From positions 1-55,453 of the forward strand of contig CAZRDO010000006.1 of the NCBI GenBank assembly GCA_964599225.1: 55,453 bases of DNA. The letters run 5' to 3'. How positions within the stretch are numbered: position 1 is the stretch's first letter; the number at the start of each line of letters is the position of its first letter. Positions 53,174 through 55,453 of this stretch are shown here, piece after piece. Position numbers and translations under genes: made by a program. The notes under the pieces are model-generated. The model worked only from the letters and a program-made list of their open reading frames with translations. It did not search any database and was not told where the DNA came from. The stretch comes from an uncultured Candidatus Saccharibacteria bacterium. Lineage in GTDB: Bacteria; Patescibacteriota; Minisyncoccia; Phycocordibacterales; UBA9973.

Positions 53174-53644
53174 ATGCGTCGTCCAGTCAAAAATCGAAAT
53201 ATTGCAGGTCCAGATCTCCGTTTCAACTCTGAGCGTCTTGGTAAGTTCATAAACTCAGTTATGTGGAGTGGTAAGAAAGAAACTGCACGTACAATTGTCT
53301 ACCGCGCGCTTGATATCATCAAAGAACAAATGGGTGTTGAGAATCCAATTGAAGTGTTTGATACAGCTCTCAGGAATGCTGCACCAAACATGGAAGTCCG
53401 CTCACGCCGAATCGGTGGTGCAAACTATCAAGTTCCTCGTGAAGTCAGACCAGAACGTCGCCAAGCCCTCGCGTTTCGTTGGATTATCGGTGCAGCTCGT
53501 TCCGGGAAAGGTAAGCCTATGGCAGATCGTCTCGCAGCAGAACTTATTGCTGCTTCAAAGAATGAAGGTGTCGCAATCAAGAAGCGCGATGATACACATC
53601 GCATGGCCGAAGCAAATAAGGCGTTCGCACACTTTGCTTGGTAG
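53174..53644 (+). CDS. rpsG: 30S ribosomal protein S7
   Basis: ...[38 protein letters not shown]... Confidence 0.95.
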   Translation: MRRPVKNRNIAGPDLRFNSERLGKFINSVMWSGKKETARTIVYRALDIIKEQMGVENPIEVFDTALRNAAPNMEVRSRRIGGANYQVPREVRPERRQALAFRWIIGAARSGKGKPMADRLAAELIAASKNEGVAIKKRDDTHRMAEANKAFAHFAW

Positions 53645-53659
53645 ATTCTCTCTACTACA

Positions 53660-53698
53660 ATAAAGTAAAAAATCCCTTCAGGGATTTTTTACTTTATT
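53660..53698 (+). terminator. Strong intrinsic terminator directly after rpsG
   Basis: aataaagtaaaaaatccct-tc-agggattttttactttatt, with 19-nt arms. Confidence 0.85.
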
Positions 53699-53747
53699 GA
53701 CATTTGCTGAATTTATAGTAAGTTCAGAATAGAAAATCAAAAAATAA

Positions 53748-54506
53748 ATGAAAAGTAACTTTCCAAGTAGCGAGAAACTTTGCTACTATATTTATCTCGA
53801 TTGGATAAATAATAAACCAGTATTTATTCTAAAAGTTGAGTCTCACATTGCGGAATATTTCATCAATGAACTTTTGCAAATTACAACCGCGGAACTCAAT
53901 GGGCTCACAGACTATAAGTTTAATGAGAAAGAACTTAAGCGTGTAGCAAAGCTTGATGGAGAGTTTGGTTGGCTGAGTGGAATTCGGTGGAGTGGGAAAA
54001 ATTTTGAGACCCATGAATTTACAATCCATGTCTCAAGACATGATCCGAAACGAACATTAGTGAATTTGTCACTGATGTTCACATTACTAAATCGTGCTGA
54101 AAATGTATCTCAGGCAGATTATCTTCAGCCGCTTTGGATCAATATGAAAACAAGTGGAGATCTACTGATTAGTGGCTTTGTACTTCCACACACGGGCAGT
54201 CAATTCGTTGAGTGGCATAAGTCTGAAAATCGTCAGCTCATAGAAAAGGTACAGGATTTCGCACAGTATCTGTGCGAATCTCATGCTGAAACCGATCATA
54301 TTAAGGTAAATTACCAGAATTTTGAAATCGGAGGGATTGGTTACCATGCTGCACTCGTGCCATCAGAAAATATTGAGTTAGGTAAGGGATTTACATTCAA
54401 TTCAAAAAATGTCGATCGCCCTGACCAGGCACTCATTTTGTTGGTCTGTTTAATGGAAATGACGCAATTTGAATATTTGCCAAGGAGATTTGAAGTAATT
54501 TATTAG
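53748..54506 (+). CDS. Hypothetical protein inserted between rpsG and fusA
   Basis: 252-aa ORF bounded by terminators on both sides. No signal peptide and no family recognised. Confidence 0.6.
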   Translation: MKSNFPSSEKLCYYIYLDWINNKPVFILKVESHIAEYFINELLQITTAELNGLTDYKFNEKELKRVAKLDGEFGWLSGIRWSGKNFETHEFTIHVSRHDPKRTLVNLSLMFTLLNRAENVSQADYLQPLWINMKTSGDLLISGFVLPHTGSQFVEWHKSENRQLIEKVQDFAQYLCESHAETDHIKVNYQNFEIGGIGYHAALVPSENIELGKGFTFNSKNVDRPDQALILLVCLMEMTQFEYLPRRFEVIY

Positions 54507-54526
54507 CACCCAAAAGGGTGTTTTTT
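54507..54526 (+). terminator. Intrinsic terminator
   Basis: caccc-aaaa-gggtg followed by tttttt. Confidence 0.65.
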
Positions 54527-54528
54527 AT

Positions 54529-54557
54529 TTGCATAAATCTCATATATACCGTATAGT
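54529..54557 (+). promoter_or_regulatory. Sigma70-type promoter for fusA: TTGCAT-17 nt-TATAGT
   Basis: ttgcat (54529-54534), a 17-nt spacer, then tatagt (54552-54557), about 77 nt upstream of the fusA ATG. Confidence 0.5.
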
Positions 54558-54633
54558 ATTTTCATCAGACTTTCGGGTCTTTTTATTTTACTCACTAAAG
54601 ACTATAGACTAAAAACTAAGCACTAAATTATTT

Positions 54634-55453
54634 ATGGAACGAGACTATCCTCTAGAAAAAGTAAGAAATTTCGGTATCGTCGCTCACATCGACGCTGGTA
54701 AGACTACGACCAGTGAGCGTGTCCTTTTCTATACCGGTATGAGTCACAAGATTGGTGAAGTGCACGAAGGTGAGACTGTCACTGACTGGATGGAACAAGA
54801 ACGCGAGCGCGGTATTACGATTACTGCTGCTGCCGTGACCTGTACCTGGCTCCCGACGTATGCACAAGGTGATAAATCTAAACAACATCGTTTCAATATT
54901 ATTGACACTCCTGGCCACATCGACTTCACGGTAGAGGTGAAGCGTTCCCTCCGCGTACTTGACGGTGCAGTTGTCGTTTTCGATGGTGTTGCTGGTGTTG
55001 AACCACAATCAGAAACCAACTGGCGCTATGCTGACGAAGCCAATGTGCCACGTATCTGTTTTGTAAACAAACTTGATCGTACAGGTGCCTCTTTTGAACA
55101 CTCATACAAAACAATTCTCGATCGCCTCTCAAAGAAAGCTGTTCGTGCACAACTCCCCATTGGTCTCGAAGAGAATCATGAAGGCGTGATTGATCTTCTT
55201 GGTATGCGCGCATACTATTTCGAAGGTGAAATGGGTAATAAAGTAATCGAGAAAGATATTCCAGAGAACATGATGGAAGACGCCAAGAAGTATCATGCTG
55301 AACTTGTGGAACGCATTGTTGAGAACGATGAAGCCCAAATGAGTGCCTATTTCGAAGGCAAAGAGCCAACACACGCTGAACTCAAAGCGACACTCCGCAA
55401 AGCTGTTATTGCCAATGCAATCTTCCCCGTATTTTGTGGAAGTGCGCTCAAAA
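54634..55453 (+). CDS. fusA: Elongation factor G, 3' end cut by the window edge
   Basis: My own translation: [35 protein letters not shown]...[13 protein letters not shown]...[10 protein letters not shown]...NKLDR. It is not in the ORF track because no stop falls in the window. Confidence 0.95.
   Translation, partial: MERDYPLEKVRNFGIVAHIDAGKTTTSERVLFYTGMSHKIGEVHEGETVTDWMEQERERGITITAAAVTCTWLPTYAQGDKSKQHRFNIIDTPGHIDFTVEVKRSLRVLDGAVVVFDGVAGVEPQSETNWRYADEANVPRICFVNKLDRTGASFEHSYKTILDRLSKKAVRAQLPIGLEENHEGVIDLLGMRAYYFEGEMGNKVIEKDIPENMMEDAKKYHAELVERIVENDEAQMSAYFEGKEPTHAELKATLRKAVIANAIFPVFCGSALK

Noticed and set aside
54652-55374. Minus-strand ORFs of 118, 91, 148 and 81 aa at the end of the window
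   Set aside because: The + strand frame starting at 54634 encodes an unmistakable EF-G N-terminus ([19 protein letters not shown]). It is missing from the ORF track only because it runs off the window.
1-55453. Alternative genetic code (UGA recoding, as in some CPR lineages)
   Set aside because: Long housekeeping ORFs are intact under the standard code. TGA terminates ORFs directly before terminators, for example at 7207-7209 and 8651-8653.

Overview
This is a 55.4-kb chromosomal segment from an AT-leaning bacterium that uses the standard genetic code (TGA acts as a stop at 7207-7209 and 8651-8653). Housekeeping genes are tRNA-Gly/Pro, yraN, mscL, hup, rny, clpP, tig, ppa, nusA, tpiA, pgk, recJ, rnhA, comEC, an Fe/Mn SOD, rpmB, rpsL, rpsG and fusA. 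There is also a type IV pilus block: pilB, pilC and four prepilin-like genes. I infer a Candidate Phyla Radiation / Patescibacteria (Parcubacteria-like) organism from three features. S12 is divergent with an internal insertion, almost no gene has a Shine-Dalgarno sequence, and the window carries a pilus + ComEC + RecJ set plus many small single-pass S/T/D-rich proteins. The most unusual content is a two-gene surface module. Gene A is a large protein with G[YF]AW-x4-GW[IV]xF repeats. Gene B is an N-terminally anchored, phage-tail-fibre-like protein. The module occurs twice in tandem at 43.8-52.7 kb, and a third, diverged copy sits directly upstream of the pilus operon at 19.4-22.2 kb. No other phage genes accompany any copy. 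Other notable points: (1) secreted proteins with Bacteroidota-style T9SS C-terminal sorting domains, plus a Kelch/DUF4907-like pair; (2) a tRNA-Pro locus with a complete tRNA nested inside a split tRNA-like gene, plus decayed tRNA fragments; (3) an identical 16-nt leader element 3 nt upstream of the clpP and ppa start codons; (4) an RNase HI with a C-terminal hybrid-binding domain; (5) a ComEC split into separated genes; (6) an rpsL-rpsG-fusA operon interrupted by an insulated orphan gene. No CRISPR array, rRNA, transposase or integrase was seen. All family assignments come from motif recognition by eye; no database searches were run.
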